Assembly: GCA_963848295.1 (NCBI GenBank)
Contig: CAWKDB010000010.1
Coordinates: 1,344,001 to 1,408,000, forward strand
Reading direction: 5' to 3'
Source of the DNA: an uncultured delta proteobacterium
GTDB lineage: Bacteria > Myxococcota_A > Polyangia > Haliangiales > Haliangiaceae
DNA length: 64,000 nucleotides
The translations under genes and the position numbers were made by a program. Positions 24,427 to 35,600 of this stretch are shown here, one piece after another. Below the pieces are notes generated by a model. That model made no database searches and was not told where the DNA came from. It saw only the letters and a list, made by a program, of their open reading frames with translations. The first letter of the stretch is position 1, and each line of letters opens with the position of its first letter.

Positions 24427-25149
24427 GTGCAACGGCCCGAGGTCGCGATCCGCGTCGTGTACGTCGAAGACGACGAACGGCTCGCGCGGCTGACCGTGCA
24501 GTACCTCGCATCGCACGAGATCGAGGTCCACCTCGTCACGCGCGGCGATGTCGCCGTCGCCGAAGTGATGCGGATCCGGCCCGACGTCGTGTTGCTCGAT
24601 CTCATGCTGCCGGGCGTGCACGGCTTCGAGGTGTGCCGCGAGCTGCGCACGCGCTGCGACGTGCCGATCATCATGGTGACCGCGCGCGTCGAGGAAGCCG
24701 ATCGGGTCGTCGGGTTGGAGGGCGGCGCCGACGATTACGTCTCGAAGCCGTTCCAGTCTCGCGAGCTGCTCGCGCGGATCCGCGCGCAAGCTCGGCGCGC
24801 CCGCGGCGAAGTCGGCCCGAGAGCGGAACGGATCGAGCTCGGCGGGCTCGTCGTCGACACCGCGACGATGCGCGTGACCGTCGACGGCGAGCTGATCGCG
24901 CTGACCGCGAACGAGTTCGCGCTCGTCCATGCGCTCGCGCAGCGCCCCGGGCGGGTGCTCGATCGCGAGCAGCTGCTGCAGATCGTGCACGGCACCGCGG
25001 ACGAAGCGTTCGACCGATCGATCGATGTCGTCGTCTCGCGCGTGCGCGCCAAGCTCGAGCGCGATCCGCGCAACCCGCGCCTGTTGAAGACGATCCGCGG
25101 CGTCGGCTACATGCTGACCCCGGGCGAGCACCACGGAGACGCGGCTTGA
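24427..25149 (+). CDS. OmpR-family response regulator
   Basis: VEDD, LLDLMLPG, IIMVTAR, GADDYVSKPF, FDRSIDV.VSR.R.KL, KTIRGVGY. Confidence 0.95.
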   Translation: MQRPEVAIRVVYVEDDERLARLTVQYLASHEIEVHLVTRGDVAVAEVMRIRPDVVLLDLMLPGVHGFEVCRELRTRCDVPIIMVTARVEEADRVVGLEGGADDYVSKPFQSRELLARIRAQARRARGEVGPRAERIELGGLVVDTATMRVTVDGELIALTANEFALVHALAQRPGRVLDREQLLQIVHGTADEAFDRSIDVVVSRVRAKLERDPRNPRLLKTIRGVGYMLTPGEHHGDAA

Positions 25150-26573
25150 CTCGTTGGTTCCGGACACTCGCGTCTCGGCTCGTCATGCTCGGCGTGATGC
25201 AGACCGCGCTGATCGCGGCGACCGCGGTCGCGATCTGGTGGATCGAAGGGCCACATGGCGATGCGTGGCCCGGCGAACGGCTCGATCGCGGTGCGCGAGC
25301 CAAGCTCGAGCAAGCAGCCGACAAGCCCGACCAGATCGCGGCGGCGCTCGCGGAGCTGCGCGACCATCGCATCGAGATCTCGCTCTACGACGCGGACCGC
25401 ACGCTGATCGCCACGAACGTCAACCCGGCGCTCGCGATCCCGGCTCGGCATCGCGGTCCACCACCCGAAGGGCACGACGGGCGCGATGGCTTCGAGCATC
25501 GCCCCGACGGAGATGGGCCGCCGCCCGGACCTCCGCCGGAAGGTGACCACGGCGGCCATGGCGCTGGCTTCGGGCCGGGTCCCGGCAATCACGCGATGGT
25601 GCTCGGCTTCACCGTGCATGGCAGGCGCGGCTATCTCGTCGCGCGCGGCGTGCACAAGTCGCCCGGGCTGACCGGGCCGTTGCTGACGCTGATCTGCGGC
25701 TTCGTCGTCACCGCGATCGGCGCGCTGATCACCGCGCGGTGGATCCTGCGGCCGATCGAGCGGCTGTCGGGCACGGCGCGCGCATTCGGTGCGGGCGATC
25801 TGGCGGCGCGCAGCCGGCTCGAGCGCGGCGACGAGATCGGCGAGCTCGGCCGGGGCTTCGACGAGATGGCCGATCGCATCGAGCGCCTGCTCGTCACCGA
25901 AAAAGAACTGCTCGCGAACGTCGCGCACGAGCTGCGCACGCCGTTGTCGCGAATCGGCGTCGCGCTCGACCTCGCCGGAGAAGGTGACTCCGATGCCGCG
26001 CGAGCTTCGCTGTCCGAGATCGCGGTCGACGTCACCGAGCTCGAGACGATCGTCGACGACATCCTGACCGCGATGCGGTTCGAGGTCGCACGCGGCGGCG
26101 AGCTACCGTTGCGTCGCGCCGTGACCTCGCCCGCCGCGATCGCCCAAGCGGCGGCCGATCTCCTGCGGTCGAGGCACTCGGACCGGCCGATCGAGCTCGA
26201 GACCGCTGCGGACCTCGGGATGATCGATGTCGACCCGCGGCTGTTCCGGCGCGCGATCGACAACCTGCTCGAGAACGCGCACAAGTACACGCCCGACCGC
26301 TCCGCGCCGATCCGGCTCGCGGTCAGTCGCTCGGGCAAGAACGCGATCGCATTCGAGGTCAGCGATCGCGGCATCGGCATCGCCGAGGACGACCTGCCGC
26401 GGATCTTCACCGCGTTCTTTCGTTCCGATCGCAGCCGCTCGCGCGAGACCGGCGGAGTCGGCCTCGGGCTGACCCTCGCGAAGCGCATCGTCGAAGCGCA
26501 CGCCGGCACGATCGACGTCACGAGCGCCGTGGGCGTCGGCACGACGATGAAGCTGACCGTGGCGACGGTGTAG
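25146..26573 (+). CDS. HAMP-domain sensor histidine kinase
   Basis: Two TM helices, HAMP (DEIGELG), AHELRTPL, NLLENAHKY, DRGIGI, GGVGLGL. TTGA overlap with the regulator gene. Confidence 0.93.
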   Translation: MTRWFRTLASRLVMLGVMQTALIAATAVAIWWIEGPHGDAWPGERLDRGARAKLEQAADKPDQIAAALAELRDHRIEISLYDADRTLIATNVNPALAIPARHRGPPPEGHDGRDGFEHRPDGDGPPPGPPPEGDHGGHGAGFGPGPGNHAMVLGFTVHGRRGYLVARGVHKSPGLTGPLLTLICGFVVTAIGALITARWILRPIERLSGTARAFGAGDLAARSRLERGDEIGELGRGFDEMADRIERLLVTEKELLANVAHELRTPLSRIGVALDLAGEGDSDAARASLSEIAVDVTELETIVDDILTAMRFEVARGGELPLRRAVTSPAAIAQAAADLLRSRHSDRPIELETAADLGMIDVDPRLFRRAIDNLLENAHKYTPDRSAPIRLAVSRSGKNAIAFEVSDRGIGIAEDDLPRIFTAFFRSDRSRSRETGGVGLGLTLAKRIVEAHAGTIDVTSAVGVGTTMKLTVATV

Positions 26574-26576
26574 CCT

Positions 26577-27002
26577 CTACTGACAGGCGCAACACTTCGC
26601 GTGCGCGGCGGTGCACGTCGCCTTCGCACTGTCGCACTTGCCGGTGGCCCACGTGTCGGTCGCGAGCTCACTCGCGAGGTCGCAGATCTTTGTGGCGTTG
26701 TCGCAGATCGAATCGGCGAGCTTGCACGAGTCGTGACAGGCGTCGCTCGGCGCCGGGTGACAGCTCGCATCCGCGGTGCTCGAGATCGGGGCGGCGGTCG
26801 CGGCGCCGACCACCGGTTCGGTCAACTGCATCAGCGCGCGCGATTGCTGGAGCTGGGCGTCGAGCTGCTCGATCTGCTCGTGCGGCGTGCCGGGGGACGG
26901 CATGGTCTGGTCGCGCGTCGGCGGGCTCGACGACATCTTCGGCGAGGATTGCGCGCAGCCGACGACGACCGCGAGCGCGCAGCACACCGCCAGTCGCCTC
27001 AA
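26577..27002 (-). CDS. Cys-rich lipoprotein (paralog B)
   Basis: Lipobox VVGC; C-terminal domain with 10 Cys; TTG start overlaps the upstream stop. Confidence 0.75.
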   Translation of the reverse strand: MRRLAVCCALAVVVGCAQSSPKMSSSPPTRDQTMPSPGTPHEQIEQLDAQLQQSRALMQLTEPVVGAATAAPISSTADASCHPAPSDACHDSCKLADSICDNATKICDLASELATDTWATGKCDSAKATCTAAHAKCCACQ

Positions 27003-27457
27003 AATTGCAGCTCCGGCGAGCCGCTGGTCGCCCCCGCCGCCGACTTGCCGCACTCGCAACAATGCTGCTGCGCTTCCTTGCACGATGCCTTCGCGCTCGC
27101 GCACTTCTCGTGGGCCCAGTCATCGCTCGGCCCGAGCTCTCCCGCGATGATGCAGATCCGCTCGGCGTTGTCGCAGATCGCATCGGACAGGTTGCACGTG
27201 TCGTCGCACGCGCGCGGCACCTGCGGGGTCGCCTCGCAGACGCGCTTGGGCACGGCGCGGTCGCGCAGCAGAAAGACGTCTTGCTGCAGCGGTTCGAGCC
27301 CGATCTTGTCCTCCCGGCGCCAGCCGCGGATCTGGGTCCACAGCGCGGTGATCTCGTTGCGTTTGTTCATCGCCTCGGTCGGATAGGTCGCGTCGCCACC
27401 GCACGCCGAGACCGCGAGGACCCCGAGGACGAGCACCGCGATCGCCCGCCCGGTCAT
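26999..27457 (-). CDS. Cys-rich lipoprotein (paralog A)
   Basis: Lipobox VSAC; a 10-Cys domain that aligns with the downstream gene. Confidence 0.8.
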   Translation of the reverse strand: MTGRAIAVLVLGVLAVSACGGDATYPTEAMNKRNEITALWTQIRGWRREDKIGLEPLQQDVFLLRDRAVPKRVCEATPQVPRACDDTCNLSDAICDNAERICIIAGELGPSDDWAHEKCASAKASCKEAQQHCCECGKSAAGATSGSPELQF

Positions 27458-28002
27458 CGCGCCCCCTGTTGCAGCTTCTTCTCGATCTCGATCGATGCGT
27501 CGAAGCTCGAGATCGCGGCGCGCTTCTCCTCCGCCGCACCCGTGGCATTACCACCGGCCGACAGCTGCTCGGCCCGAGCTTGGTGGATCTCGCCCTGCAC
27601 GGTGTAGAGGTTCGCGATGAAGAAGCTATCGCGCTGGCGATGAGCGAGTCGGTCGTCGACGACCTTCGTCGCCTCGTCGAGCTGGCCCTGCCCGACCAGC
27701 AACTTCGCGAGCAACGCGCGCGCATCGTCGAGCACGTCCTCGGCTTCCGGCGCACCCGCCGGGAACTTCAGCGACAGGATCTCGCGGACGCTCGCGATCG
27801 CGGCCGGCGTGTTGCCGTCGCTCATGTAGATCCGCGCCTTGTGGTGATAGTTCTTCGCCTGCGACAACGCGATCATCAGATCCTGATCGATGACGTCGGT
27901 CGGCTCCGCGGTCTCGGTCACGCGACTCTGCGAGGACTCGCGCTCTTGCGCGCACGAGATGACGAGCGCGAGCGCGAGCGCGGCGAACGCGACCGCCTTC
28001 AC
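27454..28002 (-). CDS. TPR-like helical lipoprotein
   Basis: Lipobox VISC after GTG 28002, then Ala/Leu helical repeats. Confidence 0.72.
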   Translation of the reverse strand: MKAVAFAALALALVISCAQERESSQSRVTETAEPTDVIDQDLMIALSQAKNYHHKARIYMSDGNTPAAIASVREILSLKFPAGAPEAEDVLDDARALLAKLLVGQGQLDEATKVVDDRLAHRQRDSFFIANLYTVQGEIHQARAEQLSAGGNATGAAEEKRAAISSFDASIEIEKKLQQGAR

Positions 28003-28586
28003 GGCACACCTCGGAGCAAGCTGCGCTCGCGAAAGCCGTCGAGCCGATCCGCGAAGATCGCGTCGATCCGCGTGCCTGCATCTCCCGCGCGCGCCGGGTC
28101 GATCGGCCCGATCAGCGCATCGGCCGACCGCGAGCGCCAGGCCGTGGGGACGCGGGCAGCTGCCGCCGGCGCGCGATGCACCGGCCGGGCCCACAGCGCG
28201 ATCACCGCCGCGGCCGCGACGAGCGTGCTCGCGCCCGCGATCGTCCACGGCAGCCAGCGGCGCGCCTTCGCTCGGCCACGCGCGATCGGTGCCGACCGGG
28301 CCGCCGCCGCGCCACCGACCGCGATCCGCAGCGCATCTTCGATGATCGCCGCGCGCTTCGCCGCCGGCAGCGTGACCTCGCCGCCCGCAGCGCGAATCAC
28401 GGTCGCGACCTCGAGCAAGGCGCGATCGTCGGTCGACATCGCCGCAGGCGTGCGGCCCGCTAAGGCCTTGTCGACGAGCTCGCCGAACGTCTTCGCCTGC
28501 GCGCGCTCGGCCGATGTCGGCTCGTCATCCGGCTCGGGCACTCGGCCCGCAAGGATGTCGTCGTGGTTGTCGTCTTTAGTGCTCAT
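27999..28586 (-). CDS. Putative single-TM anti-sigma factor
   Basis: Overlaps the end of the ECF sigma gene; cytoplasmic N-domain, RRW, TM helix, short C-domain. Confidence 0.62.
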   Translation of the reverse strand: MSTKDDNHDDILAGRVPEPDDEPTSAERAQAKTFGELVDKALAGRTPAAMSTDDRALLEVATVIRAAGGEVTLPAAKRAAIIEDALRIAVGGAAAARSAPIARGRAKARRWLPWTIAGASTLVAAAAVIALWARPVHRAPAAAARVPTAWRSRSADALIGPIDPARAGDAGTRIDAIFADRLDGFRERSLLRGVP

Positions 28587-29202
28587 CGCTGCCTCCCGAC
28601 TCGACGCGGTCGCCGAACTGCTTGCGAAACGCGCGCACGGCGCGGAACAGAAGAACATCGAACGTCCCGACCGTGACCGCGAGCCGATGCGCGCACTCGT
28701 CGCGAGTCAGCTCCTGGATCAACCGTAGCTCGATCGCGAGCCGATAGCGCTCGGCGATTTCGGCGAGCGCGACGTCGATCCGCGCCCGATGCGCGCGCCG
28801 CTCTTCGTCCGCCATGAGCAACGCGTCGGCGTGCGAGCTCGCATCGGTCTCGGCCGGGATCTCGTGTGCCATCGCATCGGCGAGCCGGCGCGAGCGTTTC
28901 GCCTGGCGGTGCACGTCGTAGACCTTGTTGATCGCGATCTGGCGCAGCCACGGATAGATCGATCGGCCCTGCCACGCGAATCCCTTGATCTTCTCGACGG
29001 ACGTCGCGAGCGTGTCGCGCAACACCTCGTCGGCCGACGCGGCATCGCCGAGTCGCGGCAGGATCACTGTCGCGTACAGCGGCTGGGCATAGCGTTCGAG
29101 AAGGGGTCGCATCGCGTCGAGGTTGCCGGCTTGTGCCTCCGCAACCAGGCGCTGCTCTTGTTCGAGCTCGATCGCGGTGGCAACGTCGGAGGCCACGGAC
29201 AT
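28576..29202 (-). CDS. ECF (sigma-70 group 4) sigma factor
   Basis: LVAEAQAGN.DAM..L.ERY, YPWLRQIAINKVYD, region 4 YRLAIELR...ECAHRL.VTVGT..VLLFRA. Confidence 0.9.
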   Translation of the reverse strand: MSVASDVATAIELEQEQRLVAEAQAGNLDAMRPLLERYAQPLYATVILPRLGDAASADEVLRDTLATSVEKIKGFAWQGRSIYPWLRQIAINKVYDVHRQAKRSRRLADAMAHEIPAETDASSHADALLMADEERRAHRARIDVALAEIAERYRLAIELRLIQELTRDECAHRLAVTVGTFDVLLFRAVRAFRKQFGDRVESGGSDEH

Positions 29203-29206
29203 CCAT

Positions 29207-29980
29207 TCAACGCGTGTGGAGTTGCGAGCTTACACGCGCGCGGTCGTAGCGAACCTCGACCAGCTCGAGGCCGTGAGCAGGCGCCGTGATGCCTGCGCGG
29301 GTCCGATCGCGAGAAGTAAGGATCTCGGCCACTTGGGCGGGAGTGAAGCGACCGGTGCCGACCTCGACGAGGGTCCCGACGATGATCCGCACCATGTTGC
29401 GCAGGAACGCGTTGCCGCGGACATCGACCACGACGAGGTCGCCGGGGTCGGCCGTGAGGTCGAGCGCTTCGACGCGGCGCAGCGTCGTCTTCGCAGCGCA
29501 GCCAGCCGCGCGAAATGCAGCGAAGTCGTGGTCGCCGATCAGCGCGCGGGCGGCTTGCCGCATCGCCTCGAGATCGAGCGGATCGGGGTGATGCCACGCG
29601 CGATGACGAAGCAGCGGCGAGCGATCCGCGCGGGTCAGGATCGTGTAGCGGTAGTGCTTGCCCGACGCCGAGAACCGCGGATGAAACGCGTCGTCGACCT
29701 CGCTCGCTTCGCGAATCGCGATCGCATCCGGCAGCATGCTGTTGAGGCCGCGGCGAATGCCATGCAGCGGAATCGGCCGCTCGGTCCGGAAGCTCGCGAT
29801 CTGTGCGCGCGCGTGGACACCGGCATCCGTGCGCGATGCACCGGTGACCGCGACCTCGTGGGTGAGCAGCCGGGCGAGCGCTTCTTCGAGATGTTGTTGC
29901 ACGGTCGGCCCGTTTGCTTGCCGCTGCCAGCCGTGAAGCTCGGTGCCGTCGTACTCGACGACGAGACGGATGTGGCGCAC
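29207..29980 (-). CDS. truA: tRNA pseudouridine(38-40) synthase
   Basis: VEYDGT..HGWQRQ, GASRTDAGVHA, GDHDF.AFR, GNAFLRNMVR, TAPAHGL. Confidence 0.97.
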   Translation of the reverse strand: MRHIRLVVEYDGTELHGWQRQANGPTVQQHLEEALARLLTHEVAVTGASRTDAGVHARAQIASFRTERPIPLHGIRRGLNSMLPDAIAIREASEVDDAFHPRFSASGKHYRYTILTRADRSPLLRHRAWHHPDPLDLEAMRQAARALIGDHDFAAFRAAGCAAKTTLRRVEALDLTADPGDLVVVDVRGNAFLRNMVRIIVGTLVEVGTGRFTPAQVAEILTSRDRTRAGITAPAHGLELVEVRYDRARVSSQLHTR

Positions 29981-29997
29981 CGCGGCCGATTCTACGC

Positions 29998-32490
29998 TCA
30001 GAACGTCAGGTCGAGGCCGAGCGACGCCGCGTTCTGACCGTGCGAGCCGTCGTGGATCAGCAGCGCGCCGTCGTAGCGCAAGTAGATCCCGAGCCGGGGC
30101 ACCGGCGGCAGCATCGCGCGCAACCGCAGCGACACCGCTGGCCCCGCGCCATCGCCGACGTGCACCCCGGCGCCGGCGCCGAGCTCGAACCAGCGGCCGA
30201 TGCCCCGGCGCGAGATGGTGGCGAGCGTCTCGCCCTGACCGTGTAGACCGTCGACGAGCCAGAGCGAGGCTTCGCCGCCGAACAACCAGAGCCGACCGTA
30301 TTCGACCCGCACCGCCGCGGTCGCGAGTGCCTTCATGGTTGCATCGTCGACGACAAGGCCACCGCCGAGCGCGAGCTCGAGCCGCAGCTTGCGCAGGTTC
30401 GCCGGGCCTAGCGCAGCGTCTTCCCCGGCGAGCGTCTCGAATCGCTCTCCGGTCGTGACCGGCATCGACTTGGGCACCAGCGCCGGTTCGGGCTGCGTCG
30501 AGCCCGCGGCTTCGTCGTCCTCGGAGACGTCCTTCGCCTCCTTGTTCGGCGACGCGTGCTTGCGCTTCGGCGCGGCGGCGTCGTCCTCGCCGTCGGAGTC
30601 CTCCGCCTCCGCGGACTTGCCATCATCGTCGTCCTTGCCAGCCTTCGGGTGCACCGGCGGAGCCTTGTGCCCGCCGCCGCTCTTGGTGTTCTGGACATTG
30701 CGGTACGCCTCGGCCGCCGCCTCGCGGCGCAGCGCGGTGACATCGCTCCCCGAGGGCACCGACACCGGCACCGCGACCGTGCGCTTGACGCCACCTTCGA
30801 TCACGACCTCGTCACCGATCGCGATGAACGACGTATACGGCGACGCCAAGCCGTACGACAGCGCGATCGCGGTCGCAGCGCGCGGGTCGGCGAGCGCCGC
30901 GTCGAGCTCCAGCTTGCCCCAGCGTCGCGCGAGCGCACCGCGTGGTGTCACCGCGCCTTCGATCGGCCGCGCCGACATCGCGACCATCCCGAGCGTGAAC
31001 ACGTCGCCGCGCGAGCGCGCGTTCGTATGCTCGGCGCGCGCGACCTTCGCGACGACGAGCAACGCTTGACCGGCGCCGAGCCTCGGCAACGTCGCCGGTA
31101 GGATCTCGAGCGGCGCGAGCGCGCCCCAGCTGACCGCGATCGGGGTCGGCGGCGAAGCGGCATCCGCGGTCACGTCTCGCGCGAGCGCGGTCAGGTCGTC
31201 TCCGATCGCGGCGAACCTCGCGGTACCGCCGCTCGTGTTCGCGATCGCGATCAGCAAGGAGCGATTCGGCGCCGGCCCGACGCCGATGACGTAAATCGGT
31301 GCGCCGACCTTGCCCGCCGCCGCGATCGCAGCGCGGTCATCCGCGACGAGCCCGTCGGTGACGATGATGACCGGCCCGCCCGACGAATGCAGCGTGCCGA
31401 GCACGCGCGTCAGGTCGAACACGCCTCCGCTGCGCTCCCAGCGCTCGTCGAGCTCGCGTGCGACCTCAGCGGGCGGCGCGGCTTCGCGCTGTTCGCTGCC
31501 GACGACCGTGACGCGATCGGCGGGCCCGAGAGCGCCGAGCAGCGCGCGCACCATCGGATGCGCGATCGCATCGGTGTCACCGCGCATCGTCGGCGCGCGA
31601 TCGAGCACGAGCGTGCAGGCGAGCGAGCCGATCCGCGGCGCCGCCGCCGGCGCACTGAGCACGACCGCGGCGTAGCCCGCATCGGCGTCTTGCTCGACCC
31701 AGCCGGTTGCGGGGACGCGCGAGCGCCAGCGAATCAGCGCATCGTGATCGCTGTGCGGGTCGACGAGTACGAAGTGATGCGCATCGACCGCGTCGAGCTT
31801 GTGGCTCGGGCTCGCGACATCGGACACGTCGTCGGCGAGCTCGATCGCGATCTCGGTCGCGCCGCCCGCCGCGGGCGAGCCGGTCGGCGTGACGCGAGAG
31901 GCATCGGGCGCGCGATCGGTGTCCGGCGAATGCCCGGTGCCGAGCGTCGGTCGGCCGCTCGCCGAGCCCGGAACGTAGCGCGGCGCGATCACGAGCGGAA
32001 GCGCGAGCTCCCACGCGCCGTCGTGATACGCCGCGACGCTGTCGTAACGCAGCGTGACCTCCACCGTGCTATGCGCGGGGATCGCCGACACCGCCTGGGT
32101 GAACACGTCGGGCCGATCTTGATCGAGCAGGCCCGCACCGAGCCCCGCGGCGACGGCTTGTTCGTAGCGCTTGACCGCGGCGTCGCGCGTGACGACCTCG
32201 GCGTGAACCGTGCGCGTGCCGTAATGGATCGCCATCGCGGAGACCGCGGCATCCGCGGGCAGCGGAAAGATGTACGTCGCCTCGACCACGCGATCGGCGT
32301 CGTTGCGATAGCGCTGGGTCACGACGGTCTCCACGATCGGCCCGCGGACCACGACCTCGAGCTTGCTATCGAGCATCGCGAGCGCCTGCGCGCTCGTCGT
32401 GTACATGCCCATGTGATGCGGCAGCGTCACGGCATCGGCGCGCGTCGCGACCGACGCCAACGCGATCGCGAACGCAAGCTGCCGCCGCAC
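29998..32490 (-). CDS. Secreted VIT + degenerate vWA protein with a C-terminal beta-barrel-like segment
   Basis: VETVVTQRYRN..VEATYIFPLP (VIT), PLVIAPRY, IIVTDG, YGLASPYTSF, an acidic linker, and terminal strands ending LGLDLTF. Confidence 0.8.
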   Translation of the reverse strand: MRRQLAFAIALASVATRADAVTLPHHMGMYTTSAQALAMLDSKLEVVVRGPIVETVVTQRYRNDADRVVEATYIFPLPADAAVSAMAIHYGTRTVHAEVVTRDAAVKRYEQAVAAGLGAGLLDQDRPDVFTQAVSAIPAHSTVEVTLRYDSVAAYHDGAWELALPLVIAPRYVPGSASGRPTLGTGHSPDTDRAPDASRVTPTGSPAAGGATEIAIELADDVSDVASPSHKLDAVDAHHFVLVDPHSDHDALIRWRSRVPATGWVEQDADAGYAAVVLSAPAAAPRIGSLACTLVLDRAPTMRGDTDAIAHPMVRALLGALGPADRVTVVGSEQREAAPPAEVARELDERWERSGGVFDLTRVLGTLHSSGGPVIIVTDGLVADDRAAIAAAGKVGAPIYVIGVGPAPNRSLLIAIANTSGGTARFAAIGDDLTALARDVTADAASPPTPIAVSWGALAPLEILPATLPRLGAGQALLVVAKVARAEHTNARSRGDVFTLGMVAMSARPIEGAVTPRGALARRWGKLELDAALADPRAATAIALSYGLASPYTSFIAIGDEVVIEGGVKRTVAVPVSVPSGSDVTALRREAAAEAYRNVQNTKSGGGHKAPPVHPKAGKDDDDGKSAEAEDSDGEDDAAAPKRKHASPNKEAKDVSEDDEAAGSTQPEPALVPKSMPVTTGERFETLAGEDAALGPANLRKLRLELALGGGLVVDDATMKALATAAVRVEYGRLWLFGGEASLWLVDGLHGQGETLATISRRGIGRWFELGAGAGVHVGDGAGPAVSLRLRAMLPPVPRLGIYLRYDGALLIHDGSHGQNAASLGLDLTF

Positions 32491-32648
32491 GGTGACACCT
32501 TACACGCTCGACGACGCGGCTCGATCTAACACTCGAACCGTCTTGGGTATTTCCGTGTCTCGAGCCGTGTCGGCCGGCCCACACCGTCGGCCAAGTGGCC
32601 GTTCTCGCTCGGGCCGGGTTCGGCATTACCGCTGCACTTGCCTCGGCA

Positions 32649-35600
32649 ATGCGGCTGCGCCCTTTCTCGATCGCGTTCTCGCTTGCGCTCGTCTCCGGCT
32701 GCGGCTCCAAACCGCCGCAAGACCTGCGCGTGATGTCTTACGCGCCGACCGGGCCGACCGAGCGCGACGAGCCGGTCGAGCTCCACTTCGACAAGCCCGC
32801 GGTGAGCGAGGCGATGGTCGGCAAACCCGCGCTGCCGGGCTCGGTCCGGATCGTCCCGCAGCTCGAGTGGAAGGGGTTCTGGCAAGACCGGCAGACGCTC
32901 GTGCTCGAACCGACCCAGCCGCTCGCGCCGTCGACGCGCTACAGCGTCTCGCTCGCCGGCGAGCTCGCGACTCGGACCGCAGACTTCGGGTTCTCGTTCG
33001 TCAATCGCCCGCTCGCGGTCGAGGGTGTGTGGGGCGTCGATCCCGATGCGATCGCGCCCGACGGCGAGGTGCCGGTGTCGTTCAATCAACCGGTGCAACC
33101 CGCGGATGCCGCGGCGCACTGCAAGCTGACCGGCGCGCACGGCGAGGTCGCGCTCGCGGCGGCACCCAACGATCGCGACGCGGCAACGAACGTCACGTTG
33201 CACCCGGTTGCGAAGCTCGCACCCGGCACCGGGTACACGCTCGCGTGCGCGGGCCTCACCGGTGCCGGCGGTAACACGCCGCTCGCGCAACCGTACGCGC
33301 TCGCGATCCGCGCGCGACCGCTGCTCGCCGTGACCTCGATCTCTCCGCAGGGCACCGACGTCTCCGCCGATGACGTCACGCTCACGTTCGCGTTCACGAC
33401 TCCGGTCGCGCTCGATGCCGCCCGTAAAGCGGTGTCCGCGAAGCCGGCGATCGCGGGGCTCGATCGCGGCTCGTTATCGAGCGATGGCACGGAGTACAGC
33501 GTCACCGCGGATCTCGAGACCGAGACCGACTACAGCCTGAAGCTCGCCGGGCTCGTCGATCGCTTCGGTCAGAAGCTCGACAAGCCCGTGGTCGCGACGT
33601 TTCACACCGGCAACGCGCAACCGCGGCTGTCGATGGAGCGCGGCATCTTCACGCTCGAGGCGAGCGCGAAGGGCTATCCGGTGTGGTCGCGCAACGTCCA
33701 CAAGATGGAGATCGAATGCGCGGCGATCCCGAAGGATCGGATCGCGCGGCTGCTGACGACCGACATGAACTACGACCCGTGGGGCGGCAACGACGACGAC
33801 AAGCCGCTCGATTGGCGCGCGATCAAGGCGAAGCCGAAGACCAAGCAGATCTTGCAGCCCGCGAAGGACAAGTGGGTGCTGTCCGAGGTCGACCTCGGCG
33901 CGACGTGTGGCGCCACGGCGGGCAAGCGCGGCGTCTATCTCGCCGAGGTCCACTCCGACGAGGTCCACGAGGACGATTCGCGGCCGTGGCTGTCGGCGCG
34001 GCGCAATCGCGTGCTCGCGAACGTCACCGATCTCGGCGTGCTGATCAAGGTCGGCCCGGCGTCCGGCATCGTGTGGGTCACGTCGTTGTCGACGGGCCTG
34101 CCGGTCGAAGGCGCGACGGTCGCGGTCCAGACGCCGCAAGGTAAGCGCGTGTTCACCGGCACGACCGACCGCGATGGCCTCGTCAAGGTGCCGGGCAGCG
34201 CGCTGTTGAAGCAGCAACCTGCGACCGGCGCCGCGCCCGACCCCGAAGCCGACGAGGATTGGGACAGCTACCGCTCGCAGCGGCTGATCGCGACGGTCGA
34301 GAAGGGCGATGACCTCGCGATCGTCGACGGCAACTGGGCGAACGGCATCCAGACCTGGAACTTCGGGTTGCCCGAGGATCGCGGCGGCGGCGTGACCCGC
34401 GTGCGCGGCTTCATCGAGAGCGACCGCGGCCTCTATCGTGCGGGCGAGCAGGTCCACTTCAAGGGCATCGTGCGCGAGATCGCCGGCGGCGCACCGCCTC
34501 GCATCCCCGGCAAGCCGGGCGTCGCGATCGAAGTCCAGGACAGCCGCGGCCAGGTCGTGTTGACGACGAAGACGAAGCTGTCGAGCTTCGGCGGGTTCGC
34601 GTTCGACATGCAGCTCGCCGACGATGCGTCGCTCGGCGATTACTACGTCGCGGCGACCGTCGCCGGCCAGGTGTTCCGCGAGCGGTTCGAGGTCCAGGAG
34701 TTTCGGCCCGCGGCGTTCGAGGTCGGGCTCGCGCGAGCGGGCAAGCAACCGAAACCGATCCGGCCGGGCGAGCGGATGGCGTTCGATCTCGACGCCACCT
34801 ATCTGTTCGGCGCGCCGGTCGCGTCTGCGAAGGTCGAGTGGAGCGTGCGCAAGCGCAAGCACGTCGTGACGTTCCCGGGGTTCGAGGACTACGCGTTCTC
34901 GGCCGATCCGCGCGACGGATGGTGGTGGTCGCGCCGTGACGATTACGGCGAGCTCGTGTCCGACGAATCGGGCGCGACCGACGACCGCGGCCACCTCGAG
35001 CTCGCGGCGCGCGACGCGAACCCGTCGAAGACCGACCCGACCGACTACATCGTTTCGGCGACCGTGACCGATGCGACCGATCAGTCGTCGAGCAAGTCCG
35101 TGATCGTGACCGCGCACCCGACGTCGCTCTACATCGGCATGCACGCGAACGAGATGGTCCAGGCGGTCGGCATGCCGTTCGGCGTCAACCTCGCCGCGTT
35201 CCAACCGGACGGCACTCGGACCGCGACGAAGCTGCACTTGTCGTTCATCCGCACCGCGAACACGTGCGGCTGGGATTCGGTCGGCATCCGCAGCTACGAG
35301 AGCTGCACGGCTACGGACACGACGATGATCGAGCGCGATGTCGAGGTCGCGGCCGGCGGCTCGCACACCGAGCGGATCTATCCGACCGAGCCGGGCGATT
35401 ACGTCGTCAAGGCCGAGGCGAAGGATGACGCGGGTCGACCGGTCATCACCGAGAGCGAGATCTGGGTGATCGGCAAAGGCGAGGCCTTCTGGAGCGGCGA
35501 CGAAGGCGACCGGATGACGTTGATCGCGAGCAAGCCGACGTATCAGATCGGCGAGACCGCGAAGCTCGTCGCGCAGGCGAACCTGCCGCACCCGACCGCG

